A stretch of 52,219 bases of DNA, from positions 1 to 52,219 of the IMG/VR virus record IMGVR_UViG_3300022217_000187. One strand, given 5' to 3'. Below, piece after piece: positions 1-9,972 of this stretch; within the stretch, counting starts at the first letter, position 1, and each line of letters starts with the position of its first letter. The position numbers were made by a program, and so were the translations under genes. The stretch is from a virus (taxonomy: Duplodnaviria; Caudoviricetes). The notes under the pieces were generated by a model that did no database searches, had not been told where the DNA came from, and saw only the letters and a list, made by a program, of their open reading frames with translations.

Positions 1-2
1 TC

Positions 3-212
3 TTGAATATTAGGATAATAAATTAAAATAGGAATACCATATTTTTTTGCTATTCTTTCGGCAAAATTATCAGCACCTTGAACACATCCACCCGATACTA
101 AGATTAAATTTCTTTTATGAGTTTGATAAAAAGAAAGGACCAAAGATTCTATAATCTTATAGTCCTCTTCATAACAACGTTGACGTGAGCCAACTACACC
201 AAGATAAAACAT
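3..212 (-). CDS. SLOG/DprA-like nucleotide-binding protein (runs off window edge)
   Basis: Manual translation MFYLGVVGSRQ...LVSGGCVQGADNFAERIAKKYGIP shows the GSR and SGG..GAD motifs. Confidence 0.7.
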   Translation of the reverse strand, partial: MFYLGVVGSRQRCYEEDYKIIESLVLSFYQTHKRNLILVSGGCVQGADNFAERIAKKYGIPILIYYPNIQ

Positions 213-546
213 CTAATCTCTCCATAGTCTACATTTTGTTGGCATATAATATCCATAATATTCCTGTATTATATGCCCTTCAACAAAATTAACGCATTCT
301 GTAGTACATTTATTCATATAATTAAAAGGGCATTTCTTAGATAGTAGTAACTTTGTACTATCTTCTATTTTCTGCAAATTAAGTTTAAGATTTAGTTTAG
401 TTTAGTTTCTTCTTCTAACTTTTCTTTATTATATTCTTTTTGTTTAGATCTAAGTATTTCTAATTCGACTATTTCTTCTTTTTTTATTCGTCTATTTTTA
501 AAAATATTTAAAATCATATCACTTTATGTCTCCCCCCCCCTTTTTT

Positions 547-1131
547 TTAAGCTACCCCAAATTCAAGAAGATTTTTACCTTTATTAGTAATAGTAAAAAG
601 ACCATCTTTAGAAGCTTTAATAAAGTTATTATTCAAAAACAATCTAACTGCTCTACTAATAGCTCTAATTTTAGTTCCTCGAACAGTGTAATTAATTTTA
701 TTCAATGACAGATCTATAATATATTCTACTTCATTTTCAATTTCTTCTCTATTTAATCCTATATTTGATCCAATTACCATCAAAGTATGATAGGGAATTT
801 TATTTCTTTTAATACAATTATAAGATTTTAAATCCCATGATCGACCAATATATCCATCATTATCACTAAAATTATATTTAGGTCTAAATTGTTTTACTTT
901 TCTTTGAGAAATAATTGAATCTTTTCTAATAGATCTCCATTCATTATTTTCAACATCAATTAAAGTAAGAATATTTTTATTCTTAACTTCATTTTTATCT
1001 TTCTTCATTTTTGGCTGAATATTTTCCCATATTTTTGGATTTTTTACTGAAAACTTTTCAATATCTGTTGTTCCTTTTAATACTCTAATTTCAGAATTTT
1101 GTTTCTTAAATACATATTCAGTTATTTTCAT
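547..1131 (-). CDS. WYL_2/DUF2693-like SH3-fold protein with possible C-terminal winged helix
   Basis: FKKQNSEIRVLKGT...LIDVENNEWRSIR motif; start moved to ATG 1131, behind GGAGG. Confidence 0.6.
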   Translation of the reverse strand: MKITEYVFKKQNSEIRVLKGTTDIEKFSVKNPKIWENIQPKMKKDKNEVKNKNILTLIDVENNEWRSIRKDSIISQRKVKQFRPKYNFSDNDGYIGRSWDLKSYNCIKRNKIPYHTLMVIGSNIGLNREEIENEVEYIIDLSLNKINYTVRGTKIRAISRAVRLFLNNNFIKASKDGLFTITNKGKNLLEFGVA

Positions 1132-1384
1132 TTTTGACCTCCATTTTTTCTTTAGGGAAACATTGTAATCCCATAGCATTTAAATTATCAAGGGCAAACA
1201 TTACACAAGTATAATTAGGATTTGATTTTGGAGTGAATTCATAAATTTCACTATTAGATCCCCATGTATCAATTTCATATTCAAAATCTGGTTGTATTAA
1301 TGGATTATTTTGAATATCTGGAGAAAATCCATCACACCCCATTAAACTCAATATTACGATACCTATCATTACTATTTTCTTCAT
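1118..1384 (-). CDS. putative lipoprotein
   Basis: MKK, hydrophobic stretch, then LMGC lipobox. Confidence 0.6.
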   Translation of the reverse strand: MKKIVMIGIVILSLMGCDGFSPDIQNNPLIQPDFEYEIDTWGSNSEIYEFTPKSNPNYTCVMFALDNLNAMGLQCFPKEKMEVKNENN

Positions 1385-1755
1385 TTATTCCTCCTCCTAT
1401 TTAATGGTTTAAGAAAAATTTCTTTTAATGACTTTCCATCTTTCTGACTACGCCTAATATATCTAATAGAATAAAAAATTCCATATATAATTCCTATGAT
1501 TAATATTATTGGCCAAATTAACATTGTTATAACATATAAAATTAATATAACCATAAACCCATTAGTTTCTTTTTCAGTGTCATTCCATATTAACTCATCC
1601 TTAAAAAGTGGATTAAATACTGTATATTCTTTATCTTCTATCCAAAAATAAATAGCTCGTATAATTACATATATTAAATGTATTGAAAATACAAGATATC
1701 CAATATGTAATAAAGTATAAAATATATAACTATAAATACTCAAAAAATTTTCCAT
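1381..1755 (-). CDS. membrane protein
   Basis: Two long hydrophobic segments; overlaps the next gene start. Confidence 0.6.
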   Translation of the reverse strand: MENFLSIYSYIFYTLLHIGYLVFSIHLIYVIIRAIYFWIEDKEYTVFNPLFKDELIWNDTEKETNGFMVILILYVITMLIWPIILIIGIIYGIFYSIRYIRRSQKDGKSLKEIFLKPLNRRRNK

Positions 1756-1772
1756 ATCAATTTCTCCTTAAT

Positions 1773-2495
1773 CTATATAAAATTTATAAGTTTCTCTTTT
1801 AATTTACCTTTAAGAGTTTTTTCTAATTCATGAGCACGTTGTCTACTAATATTAAAATGATTTGCTATTTCCTGAAGAGTCTTAGGATTATCATTTAATA
1901 TTCTATTTTTTATGATATATTTATATTTATCACTAAATTCTTTTGAAATTTCTTCAATATAATTACATAATTCGTTATTATATACTATTTTATCATATTC
2001 AACTTCTGTTAATATTACATCATGTAAATTTTTATTATCAATATCACTCAAAGGGGCATCCATAGAATTTTCATTACTTTTATACCTAGTATTTGTTTTA
2101 TAAAATAATTCATCTCTTTTATCTCTAGCAAATGTACCAATTATACTTATATTTCTTACTATAAATTTTTGTATATAAGAAACTATCCAATTTCTAGCAA
2201 ATGTTAAAAATCTAAACCCTTTATAAGGATCAAATTTCTTAAGAGCCATCATTAGCCCAATATTACCTTCTTGAATAAGATCCATTCTATTTAGATTATA
2301 TTGTCTATGATAATTATTAGCTATTTTAATTACATATTTAAGATTAGATACTATTAATTTTTTTGCTGATTCTAGGCAATTGATTTCTTTATATTTTATG
2401 GCTAATTCTAATTCTTCTTCTCTAGATAAAATAATAGAAAATTTATTTACTTCTCTATAATATATATCATAACTATCAAAACTAAGATTATACAA
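1773..2495 (-). CDS. RNA polymerase sigma70-family factor (RpoH/RpoD-like regions 1.2, 2 and 4)
   Basis: LSREEELELA; SNLKYVIKIA; DLIQEGNIGLMMALKKFDPYKGFRFLTFA; TLQEIANHFNISRQRAHELE. Confidence 0.92.
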   Translation of the reverse strand: MYNLSFDSYDIYYREVNKFSIILSREEELELAIKYKEINCLESAKKLIVSNLKYVIKIANNYHRQYNLNRMDLIQEGNIGLMMALKKFDPYKGFRFLTFARNWIVSYIQKFIVRNISIIGTFARDKRDELFYKTNTRYKSNENSMDAPLSDIDNKNLHDVILTEVEYDKIVYNNELCNYIEEISKEFSDKYKYIIKNRILNDNPKTLQEIANHFNISRQRAHELEKTLKGKLKEKLINFI

Positions 2496-2503
2496 TTTTA
2501 CTT

Positions 2504-2770
2504 TTATCCTCCATATTTTTTAAATTCTTCATTAGTAGGAATATGAACTACTAATGATTTTGAATAATTTAATTCTTCTATAGCCTTTTCAATTTTAGAT
2601 ACTCTTTCTTTTAATTTAATTTCAGATTTTTTATCCTCTAACTCTTGAATAGTCCCAAAATGTAAAGATCTAATATCATCTAAACTTTCATCTAATATAT
2701 TTAAGAATTTAGATTTAAATTCCTCAATTGAAAAAATTTCACTAAATGTACCATTAGTATATTCTATCAT
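2504..2770 (-). CDS. hypothetical protein
   Basis: ORF in tightly packed minus-strand operon. Confidence 0.6.
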   Translation of the reverse strand: MIEYTNGTFSEIFSIEEFKSKFLNILDESLDDIRSLHFGTIQELEDKKSEIKLKERVSKIEKAIEELNYSKSLVVHIPTNEEFKKYGG

Positions 2771-2772
2771 AT

Positions 2773-3090
2773 TTATTTAACTTCTTCTAGATTTTTATGA
2801 ATTCCATATATAATAGATGTTAAAAATGCATTCATAAGAAAAATACCTAAATAAAATACTGAAATAACTATATAACTATTTAAAACTAATAATGTTAAAA
2901 TAACAAAAAAGATCATATTAAAATAGAATTTTCTTAAAAATGATCTTTTATCCATTTTCTTTACAAATTCTTCAATAAACTCACGTTTAATTTTTAATAT
3001 ATCTTCGGAATCTGTAGGTACAAATAATATTAATAATGATATAATAAATATAAATGTATATAAAATGTATATAAAATACATACTGACCAT
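2773..3090 (-). CDS. membrane protein
   Basis: Three hydrophobic segments. Confidence 0.5.
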   Translation of the reverse strand: MVSMYFIYILYTFIFIISLLILFVPTDSEDILKIKREFIEEFVKKMDKRSFLRKFYFNMIFFVILTLLVLNSYIVISVFYLGIFLMNAFLTSIIYGIHKNLEEVK

Positions 3091-3265
3091 AAAAGAAATA
3101 TAGATAAATTTAAGACATGTGTAATTTCATAATAACACCCTCCAATCAAACCTAACATGATTATCATTTGAACTATAATATAAATTAACATTATACCGAA
3201 TTGCTTCATTTATTCCTCCTTTATTTTTTATAATAATTTAAACTCTTCTAAATGTCAAGATAAAT

Positions 3266-4405
3266 TTAAAGCATTTTACCTTCATTAAATGTCAATGGAT
3301 ATATAAAGGTAGGTAATCTATTTTTAGATACTCCAAATACCATCTGACAAGGATCACTTTTAACTGCCATTCTTTCTGCTAAATCATCAGAACCTGGTAA
3401 ACTACCATTTCTAACAATTGTCCTATTATTAAAATTTCCAATAGAATAATGATGATAATGCCCATAACAAATAGCATCTACTTTATGAGTATCTATCCAT
3501 CCTGAAAATTTAGCTTTCGCTGCAGCAGTTTCTGTCTGTGATGGAGCATAATGTCTAATTAAGATCCTATGACCCTTAACAGTAGCTATATTAAATTCAC
3601 CACAATGTTCTCCAATTTCAATTTTAGGATTATTAGCTATAGAATTAATCATATAAAGATTATTATGGATGACATTATCCCAATTAGAATTTTCAGAACC
3701 GAACGTCATTCTACCATGATTGCCTCTAACGCTTACTACAGAAACTTTTCTAATACCTTTTATATTAGAAGCTTCGACAATTAATTCCCATATTAATTTA
3801 GTAGCCAGCTTAACTTGATCTGCTACAAATATGTCTAAATGAAACGGTTGTGAAGAATAAATAGCCTCATTGTCAACCAAATCACCAATACATAAAATAA
3901 CTATCTCATCTATATTAGTTCCTTTGCCAGCATGTTCCATAACATGCTTCAATCTAACTATAAGTTTTTGTAGATATGTTATTGCTATTTTGGAATTATA
4001 AAGAACATTACCTTCGTAATCCTTCACTTCTTTACCAATATGTAAATCTGATAGCATCAATATTAAGGCTTCTTTATCTTCAGAAGTTTTATTCTTCTTA
4101 GCTATCGGTTTCTCACTTATTTCAGTTTTTACTTTTTCTATAATATCTTTTAGATTATCAATATATTTATTGAGAATATTTGTTTTATTAACATTTAATA
4201 ATCCAATAGTATTATCTTCAACTTTTCCAGAAATATCTTCATTAGTTTCTTTTATTATTCTCTTAGATTTTTTTCTAATACCTTCTACTGTTCTAAAATA
4301 TCCTTTTTCTATTAAAAGTTCAGAAATCATTTTATATGTTTTTTTATCTATATTTTCAATTAAAATATCAGTTTCTTCTTGAGACCATGTTTTAATTTGA
4401 TTCAT
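3266..4405 (-). CDS. calcineurin-like metallophosphoesterase with N-terminal Myb/HTH-like domain
   Basis: SDLH, GDLVD, GNHG and GHYH motifs; N-terminal WSQEETDIL. Confidence 0.85.
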   Translation of the reverse strand: MNQIKTWSQEETDILIENIDKKTYKMISELLIEKGYFRTVEGIRKKSKRIIKETNEDISGKVEDNTIGLLNVNKTNILNKYIDNLKDIIEKVKTEISEKPIAKKNKTSEDKEALILMLSDLHIGKEVKDYEGNVLYNSKIAITYLQKLIVRLKHVMEHAGKGTNIDEIVILCIGDLVDNEAIYSSQPFHLDIFVADQVKLATKLIWELIVEASNIKGIRKVSVVSVRGNHGRMTFGSENSNWDNVIHNNLYMINSIANNPKIEIGEHCGEFNIATVKGHRILIRHYAPSQTETAAAKAKFSGWIDTHKVDAICYGHYHHYSIGNFNNRTIVRNGSLPGSDDLAERMAVKSDPCQMVFGVSKNRLPTFIYPLTFNEGKML

Positions 4406-4454
4406 ATCTTCCCTTTATTTTAATATTTTAATATTATTTATTATAAAATATCAT

Positions 4455-4483
4455 ATTATATAATAAATTAGAATAAAAGTCAA
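4455..4483 (-). promoter_or_regulatory. sigma70-type early promoter (divergent pair)
   Basis: TTGACT-N17-TATAAT on the minus strand. Confidence 0.75.
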
Positions 4484-4509
4484 ATTAAAAAATTAATTAT
4501 TTTATTTAC

Positions 4510-4538
4510 TTGACTTTAGTTTTATGATATTATATAAT
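4510..4538 (+). promoter_or_regulatory. sigma70-type early promoter, member of a repeated family
   Basis: TTGACTTTAGTTTTATGATATTATATAAT, identical at 24165 and 41934. Confidence 0.85.
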
Positions 4539-4567
4539 TATAATATAAATTAAAAAGGAGATTGAAA

Positions 4568-4777
4568 ATGGAAATAAATATAGAAGTTAAAGAAATTATA
4601 AAAAATAATATTAAAGACATTAAATTTTTATTAACTCCAAAAGAATATAAGATATTATTAAAATGGCTTATTGATAATGGTAAAATAGTTAACAAATTTG
4701 ATGATCTACATGAAGCTGCATGGATCTCAGCTCAAGCCGTTGCATATTCTAACGTAAGAGCTAGATATCATTATTAA
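4568..4777 (+). CDS. hypothetical early protein
   Basis: AAGGAGATTGAAAATG start motif after the promoter. Confidence 0.65.
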   Translation: MEINIEVKEIIKNNIKDIKFLLTPKEYKILLKWLIDNGKIVNKFDDLHEAAWISAQAVAYSNVRARYHY

Positions 4778-4804
4778 ATATTAAAAAGAAGAAGGGGATC
4801 GAAA

Positions 4805-5137
4805 ATGAATACATTTAAAACAATAGAAGGAGTAAGGCAGGCAGCAAAAGAGTGTGATGACCATATACATAGCGTTATCGAAATTCTCCATAGCTCGAAA
4901 AGTAATGTTTTTATTATATGCAAAGTATCAATGAAAGCACTGCAAGAAGCAATCAATCAAAATCCAATGACTGAGATTACAAAATTAGTTAAAGAGCATA
5001 ATGTATTAACTGATGCAGAAATTGCCGAATTAAAAGATCAGTCCAAAAAAGAATACGATCAATCTGTTGAGAAATGGCACAAAGATCATACTGCAAAAAT
5101 AAACAATGCTATGACACTAAATGGTCGCAGCAATTAA
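4805..5137 (+). CDS. hypothetical protein
   Basis: ORF with SD; GC-richer than flanks. Confidence 0.65.
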   Translation: MNTFKTIEGVRQAAKECDDHIHSVIEILHSSKSNVFIICKVSMKALQEAINQNPMTEITKLVKEHNVLTDAEIAELKDQSKKEYDQSVEKWHKDHTAKINNAMTLNGRSN

Positions 5138-5149
5138 AAGGGGGTTAAA

Positions 5150-5353
5150 ATGAAAACAATTGAGGAATTAAAATTAAAGGACATTGTAATACAGGATAGT
5201 GAATTGTCATACGTGGCCGAATGCGGGCACGGCACTAAGTATTATGCTTATATTGGTAGCACAATCGCCGCAGAAATTTGCGGACATGACACAAATGAGG
5301 CCATTGAAGTCTGCGACATGTCGGAGGATATGCTTATTGATTGTTGTGGTTAA
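5150..5353 (+). CDS. hypothetical acidic Cys-rich protein
   Basis: ORF with SD (AAGGGGG). Confidence 0.55.
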   Translation: MKTIEELKLKDIVIQDSELSYVAECGHGTKYYAYIGSTIAAEICGHDTNEAIEVCDMSEDMLIDCCG

Positions 5354-5499
5354 TTCTTTACCCCGCTCACTCCCAAGTGGCCGGGTCTAAGGAATTAAAC
5401 TTAACAGAGGAGGAAATAATTGTACCATTATTCGATCACGAAATGATATAATATGCAAACTTATAATACTAAATTATAAATTAAATAAAGGAGCTTGAA

Positions 5500-5688
5500 A
5501 TGACTAGAAGTGATATCATGTTACAATTAAACTATATAGAAAATATGACTGAAAAAGAAAAAGTTGAATTTATTCATATTTTACATCAAAAAATTAAAAA
5601 TATTTATGATTGCGTTTCTGAAATGGAGAAAGATGAATTTTGGAAAGGTACTGCTAAAATTATAAGAAATCAATTAGAGGGAAATTAA
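5500..5688 (+). CDS. hypothetical protein
   Basis: AAGGAGCTTGAAATG start motif. Confidence 0.6.
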   Translation: MTRSDIMLQLNYIENMTEKEKVEFIHILHQKIKNIYDCVSEMEKDEFWKGTAKIIRNQLEGN

Positions 5689-5690
5689 AA

Positions 5691-5987
5691 ATGAATATAA
5701 TTGATATTTTTGAAACTGAACCAGAATTTATTAATGAATTGGGAGTTAAATGGTGGAGAGATATAGAAACGACAAGATATGCTCAATCCCCTGATAAAAA
5801 TGGTATAAACCTTCAGGTAATATGCTTTTTTATTGAAGAACCTAACGGCAGAAAAACTAGAGTCTTAGTTAATAAGGATCGAGAAATTATAGAAGAAACA
5901 CAAAAGCTAGAAGAAATGGGAACAAAAATCGATGTTAGAAAATTTCTAAAATATGAAGAAATGAAGAAGGGAAATATAAATGAATAA
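5691..5987 (+). CDS. hypothetical protein
   Basis: ORF with SD. Confidence 0.6.
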   Translation: MNIIDIFETEPEFINELGVKWWRDIETTRYAQSPDKNGINLQVICFFIEEPNGRKTRVLVNKDREIIEETQKLEEMGTKIDVRKFLKYEEMKKGNINE

Positions 5988-6127
5988 AAAATTAATAGAA
6001 TTGATAGAAGATGAATTCAAAAAGATAATTGAAACTAAAACTGGTTGGGGTAAAAAATGAAATTTTAAGAGCTCTAGATTCTGCTATCATTAAAGCAAGT
6101 CTAAGATTATTAGATGAAATGGAAGGA

Positions 6128-6162
6128 AAGTCGGAATAGATTAAATTAATCTATTCCGACTT
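6128..6162. terminator. long inverted repeat between convergent genes, probable bidirectional terminator
   Basis: AAGTCGGAATAGATTAA-A-TTAATCTATTCCGACTT. Confidence 0.6.
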
Positions 6163-6564
6163 CATCATATTATTTAAAGTCTTTTTCAAAAAGATTAAAT
6201 GAATTAAAAATCATAAAAGTTATAATCAAAAATATTAGACCAAAAAGTGCATTCTAAAGGTCCTGTATTTCTAGCAAAACAATATTAATAGTAAAATAAA
6301 ACACTATATAATTTATATTTTTTTAAATCTACCAGCATAATCCCCAAAAAATAGATTTTTCACCATCTATTTTAATATTTATACCATCGCCATATTCTGT
6401 TTGATATATTTCAACTACCTCACCTGTTTTCTTTAAAAATTCACTATACCATATCACCGATAACAACTACTTTACCTTTAGCTTTAGTACTCTTTAAATT
6501 AGTTTTTCTCGGATATGAAATTTCATTTAATTTATTATTAATTTTATCTATTATATCCATTTCG

Positions 6565-7023
6565 TTATTTAGAACCTAAATATTCTTGTTTTAATTCTTT
6601 TATAGTCATACCTTTTATACTATAAGCTTTATGTATTTCTTTTACTGCATCATCAATATTCTTTTTATCTTTTCTAATTAAAATATCAATATCCGATAAA
6701 GCATCTTTTAAATTACCACCTCTCATAGATAATCCTTCATTTATTTCAGAATCTAAAACTTCTTTTCCTATTTTAGTATAAGCGGCATTTAATTTTTTCA
6801 TAAATGAATTAGCTTCAGGAGAATCATTTGTTGCAAGTCCTTTCAAAAGTTGAACACCTCGCATCTGAGATTCATTATCACCACCAAAATCGGTATCTAC
6901 TAGATCTTTAATAATTTTTTTAACATCTACTGCTTCTTCAATAATTTTAGATTCTTTAATATTTATTTCTTCTCCATATCCTAAATTTTTAACATAACTA
7001 TCTATTGCTCTATTTTCGTTCAT
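6565..7023 (-). CDS. putative internal head/virion protein
   Basis: In a late minus-strand operon; several I/L-x-E sites resembling prohead protease sites. Confidence 0.45.
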   Translation of the reverse strand: MNENRAIDSYVKNLGYGEEINIKESKIIEEAVDVKKIIKDLVDTDFGGDNESQMRGVQLLKGLATNDSPEANSFMKKLNAAYTKIGKEVLDSEINEGLSMRGGNLKDALSDIDILIRKDKKNIDDAVKEIHKAYSIKGMTIKELKQEYLGSK

Positions 7024-7035
7024 TTTATATTACTC

Positions 7036-7308
7036 CTATTTATTATTTTTTGATATTTCTTTTTCTAAAAATTTAACAATTACTGGATCTGATTTAATTT
7101 CTTTAAAGAAATTTATGATATCTTTAGTAGTTTTTAATTGAAATGTGCTATTATATTTATCTTTTACTTTATGACCTAATAATATATGAATTAATCTGGG
7201 AATTATTAAATGCCTCTCAGCTTCTAAATCTATAGCTTGATCCTTAAATTCAATATAAGGCATTTCATTTAGAAGATCATACATATTTGAATACTTTTTA
7301 AATCTCAT
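7036..7308 (-). CDS. putative internal head protein
   Basis: N-terminus MRFKKY...LLNE resembles T4-type capsid targeting leaders. Confidence 0.45.
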   Translation of the reverse strand: MRFKKYSNMYDLLNEMPYIEFKDQAIDLEAERHLIIPRLIHILLGHKVKDKYNSTFQLKTTKDIINFFKEIKSDPVIVKFLEKEISKNNK

Positions 7309-7319
7309 TATAAATATAT

Positions 7320-7832
7320 TTATTTACGGCGTCGAGTACGTCCTAATTTTTTCCCCTTAAGTCCACGTCCAGTCTTTTTTACTCTAGCCAATCTAACTTT
7401 ATTTTTTCTTTTATAGCGTTTACGCCATTTCTTTAACTTCTGTCTATTCTTTCTTCTATACAATCGCGCCTTCCGTTTAGCAGATGGCTTCATCTTCTTT
7501 AACATTAACTTCTCCTCAATTTCATCTTCTAATTCTTCATCATCTAAATCAGAAATCATATCAATAATATTTGAAAGCTGTTCAAATGATTTATCATCGA
7601 GCTTATCTGTATCTTCAATAGAAATTATGAGGTCAATCATACTATCATATACATTAGTTAACGCTTCCGAACTAATATCATCTAAAAGATCATTATCCAC
7701 ATCATCGATAAAAGTAATGAGAGCATCAAATAAATCCTCCTCGAATTCAACATTTACCTCATCAGGTATATCTATGTCATCTTCTTTTTCATTTATTCCT
7801 AATGTTTCTTCTATTTCTTTAATAATTTTCAT
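7320..7832 (-). CDS. prohead core protein (gp68-like)
   Basis: Acidic N-terminal part and extremely basic tail after IEE; TATAAATA upstream at 7856-7863. Confidence 0.6.
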   Translation of the reverse strand: MKIIKEIEETLGINEKEDDIDIPDEVNVEFEEDLFDALITFIDDVDNDLLDDISSEALTNVYDSMIDLIISIEDTDKLDDKSFEQLSNIIDMISDLDDEELEDEIEEKLMLKKMKPSAKRKARLYRRKNRQKLKKWRKRYKRKNKVRLARVKKTGRGLKGKKLGRTRRRK

Positions 7833-7892
7833 TTAAATCCTATATTCTTTTTAATTATTTATATTTTTTAATTTTTACTATTTACTACTTTC

Positions 7893-8234
7893 TTAAATAT
7901 CTATATTTAAATATGCTTTCCATTCCTCTTTAATTTCTATTCCAGTATCATATGACATATCAAAATATTTAGCTATAATAAATATAATTAGATTTTTAGT
8001 ATCTTCATTGTCCATATCGTTAATAAGTAAATTAAAAACAACTTCTCTATCAAATTGTCGTATAGATATAAAAATTTTATTGTATAATGAGTGTATTTTT
8101 TCAAAACTAGGATTCTTCTGAAAAAAATTAGCTACTCTACGTATAGAACAAAATAAAGTTAAATCTTCTTTGAATTCATCTTCAATTAATCCTTTATAGT
8201 TCATTTTTAATAAGTATAATTGTTCTTTCGTCAT
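7893..8234 (-). CDS. conserved T4-like phage hypothetical protein
   Basis: EF.EDL..F..I.R...L.N pattern; TATAAATA upstream at 8276-8283. Confidence 0.5.
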   Translation of the reverse strand: MTKEQLYLLKMNYKGLIEDEFKEDLTLFCSIRRVANFFQKNPSFEKIHSLYNKIFISIRQFDREVVFNLLINDMDNEDTKNLIIFIIAKYFDMSYDTGIEIKEEWKAYLNIDI

Positions 8235-8297
8235 TCTATGCTTCTTTCATTTATATAATTTACCTCCTATAAAAATATTTATAATTAAATAAAAAAC

Positions 8298-8326
8298 TTG
8301 ACTTTTTTGATTTTATATATTATAAT
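8298..8326 (+). promoter_or_regulatory. sigma70-type promoter
   Basis: TTGACT-N17-TATAAT. Confidence 0.75.
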
Positions 8327-8356
8327 TTAATGTAAAAAAAATTATTAAGGAAAATA

Positions 8357-8650
8357 ATGAAAACTAAAGATATATTAAATTTATATACAGACGTAGATGG
8401 ATTAACTATTAAAGAATATTTTAAAGAATTGCTTATTACTTTATGGAAAGAAGGAGAATCATTTAGTAGTAAAAGACCTTTTGGTAATAGCGGATGGGAA
8501 TATGATCTATATAAACCTTTAATAGCCATAGAAGTAATTGAAGGTAAAATAGACGAATATGGATATGTAGAAGAAATAAATATAAAAAAAGCTGATGAAT
8601 TTATTATAAATCTAATAGAAATTATATTTAAAGGAGAAAATGATGACTAG
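8357..8650 (+). CDS. conserved phage hypothetical protein
   Basis: WKEGESFSSKRPFGNSGWEYDLY motif. Confidence 0.65.
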   Translation: MKTKDILNLYTDVDGLTIKEYFKELLITLWKEGESFSSKRPFGNSGWEYDLYKPLIAIEVIEGKIDEYGYVEEINIKKADEFIINLIEIIFKGENDD

Positions 8651-8963
8651 ATTACAACATCTATTAATTAAATTAGCTGAGGAATGTAATGAATTAAGCA
8701 AAGCTGCTCAAAAATCTGCTTTATTTGGATTAGATAAAGGACATCCAAATGGAACTACATCAAATGAAGATGATATGCAAAGGGAATTTAATGACATACT
8801 AGCATTAATTTCAATGCTTAAAGATGATAATTATTTAGAAAAAATACACGAAAATAAAAAATTAATAGAAATAAAGAAAGAAAAAGTCGAATTTTACATT
8901 AAATATGCTATGGATATTGGAAGTATTAATGAAAACACTAAAAAGAATATTATAAATAAATAA
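8640..8963 (+). CDS. MazG-like NTP pyrophosphohydrolase
   Basis: KLAEECNEL...EFNDI motif. Confidence 0.75.
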   Translation: MMTRLQHLLIKLAEECNELSKAAQKSALFGLDKGHPNGTTSNEDDMQREFNDILALISMLKDDNYLEKIHENKKLIEIKKEKVEFYIKYAMDIGSINENTKKNIINK

Positions 8964-8968
8964 AATAT

Positions 8969-9367
8969 ATGAAAATATTATCTAAAGAATTTAAAGATAA
9001 AGTTCAAGAAGAAATCAAGGTAACTATTACAGATATAGAAAAACATAATATCAATAATCTTCCTATACAACATCGATATCATTCTAAACTTACATCTTTA
9101 AAAATTAAATTATATGAAACCGAATCAGAATTTGATGATACTTATAGAGAATTATATCATTATTATAAAAATGAGTATGATTATACATTATCAAATAAAA
9201 CTGAAATTGATTTATATATAAGAACTAATGAAAAATTTAAAATAATTAATAAAAAATTAAAACTATTAAAATTAGAAATAGAAGAAGTAGAATCGGTGGT
9301 CGAATTATTTAAAAATAGAGCATGGACAATAAAAAATGTAATTTCAATACTTGAATTGGAGAGATGA
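8969..9367 (+). CDS. uvsY: recombination mediator UvsY-like
   Basis: Helical protein of matching size; LYHYY...EIDLYI...F.NR.W.IKN; lies upstream of uvsW. Confidence 0.8.
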   Translation: MKILSKEFKDKVQEEIKVTITDIEKHNINNLPIQHRYHSKLTSLKIKLYETESEFDDTYRELYHYYKNEYDYTLSNKTEIDLYIRTNEKFKIINKKLKLLKLEIEEVESVVELFKNRAWTIKNVISILELER

Positions 9368-9368
9368 A

Positions 9369-9611
9369 ATGGATTATGAAGCTTTATATAAATTAGAATC
9401 TGAACTTGCCCAATATGCTTATATAGAAGGATCAGAAATTGGAGAAGTATGTCTATCTTTAATTCAAACATCTAAAAATATAGATTATGTTAGTGATGAA
9501 TTTAGTAAAGCTTTGTTGAAAGAAATGCAAGAGCAATTAAATTATTTTAAAACTCATTCGAATATTAGAAAAGAAATGCAAGAATACAACGTATTGGAAT
9601 GGAAATCTTAA
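9369..9611 (+). CDS. hypothetical protein
   Basis: ORF directly after uvsY; start moved to ATG 9369. Confidence 0.55.
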   Translation: MDYEALYKLESELAQYAYIEGSEIGEVCLSLIQTSKNIDYVSDEFSKALLKEMQEQLNYFKTHSNIRKEMQEYNVLEWKS

Positions 9612-9621
9612 TCTCTGTAAT

Positions 9622-9972
9622 ATGAAAAAGAAATTAATATCAGTTACTCAAAAAGATCTTAAATTTGATTATTTAAGAGGAAGTGGTCCGGGTGGTCAAC
9701 ATAGAAATAAAACTAGTACAGCTTGTAGATGTACCCATCCTCCTAGTAAAGCAACTGGATTCTCACAAGAATATAAATCACAAAAACAAAATAAAGAAGC
9801 CGCATTCAAAAGAATGGCTAGTTCAAAAAAATTTCAAAAATGGATAAGACTAGAATCTGCTAAAGCTTTAGGAATTATAGATAAAATTGAGAAAGAAGTT
9901 GAAGAAGAAATGAAAAATATTAAAATAGAATCTGTAAATGAAATAGGACAATGGATAGAATTAAGTGATTAA
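9622..9972 (+). CDS. GGQ peptidyl-tRNA hydrolase / release-factor domain protein (ArfB/RF-1 like)
   Basis: RGSGPGGQHRNKTSTACR...SQKQNKEAAF. Confidence 0.9.
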   Translation: MKKKLISVTQKDLKFDYLRGSGPGGQHRNKTSTACRCTHPPSKATGFSQEYKSQKQNKEAAFKRMASSKKFQKWIRLESAKALGIIDKIEKEVEEEMKNIKIESVNEIGQWIELSD

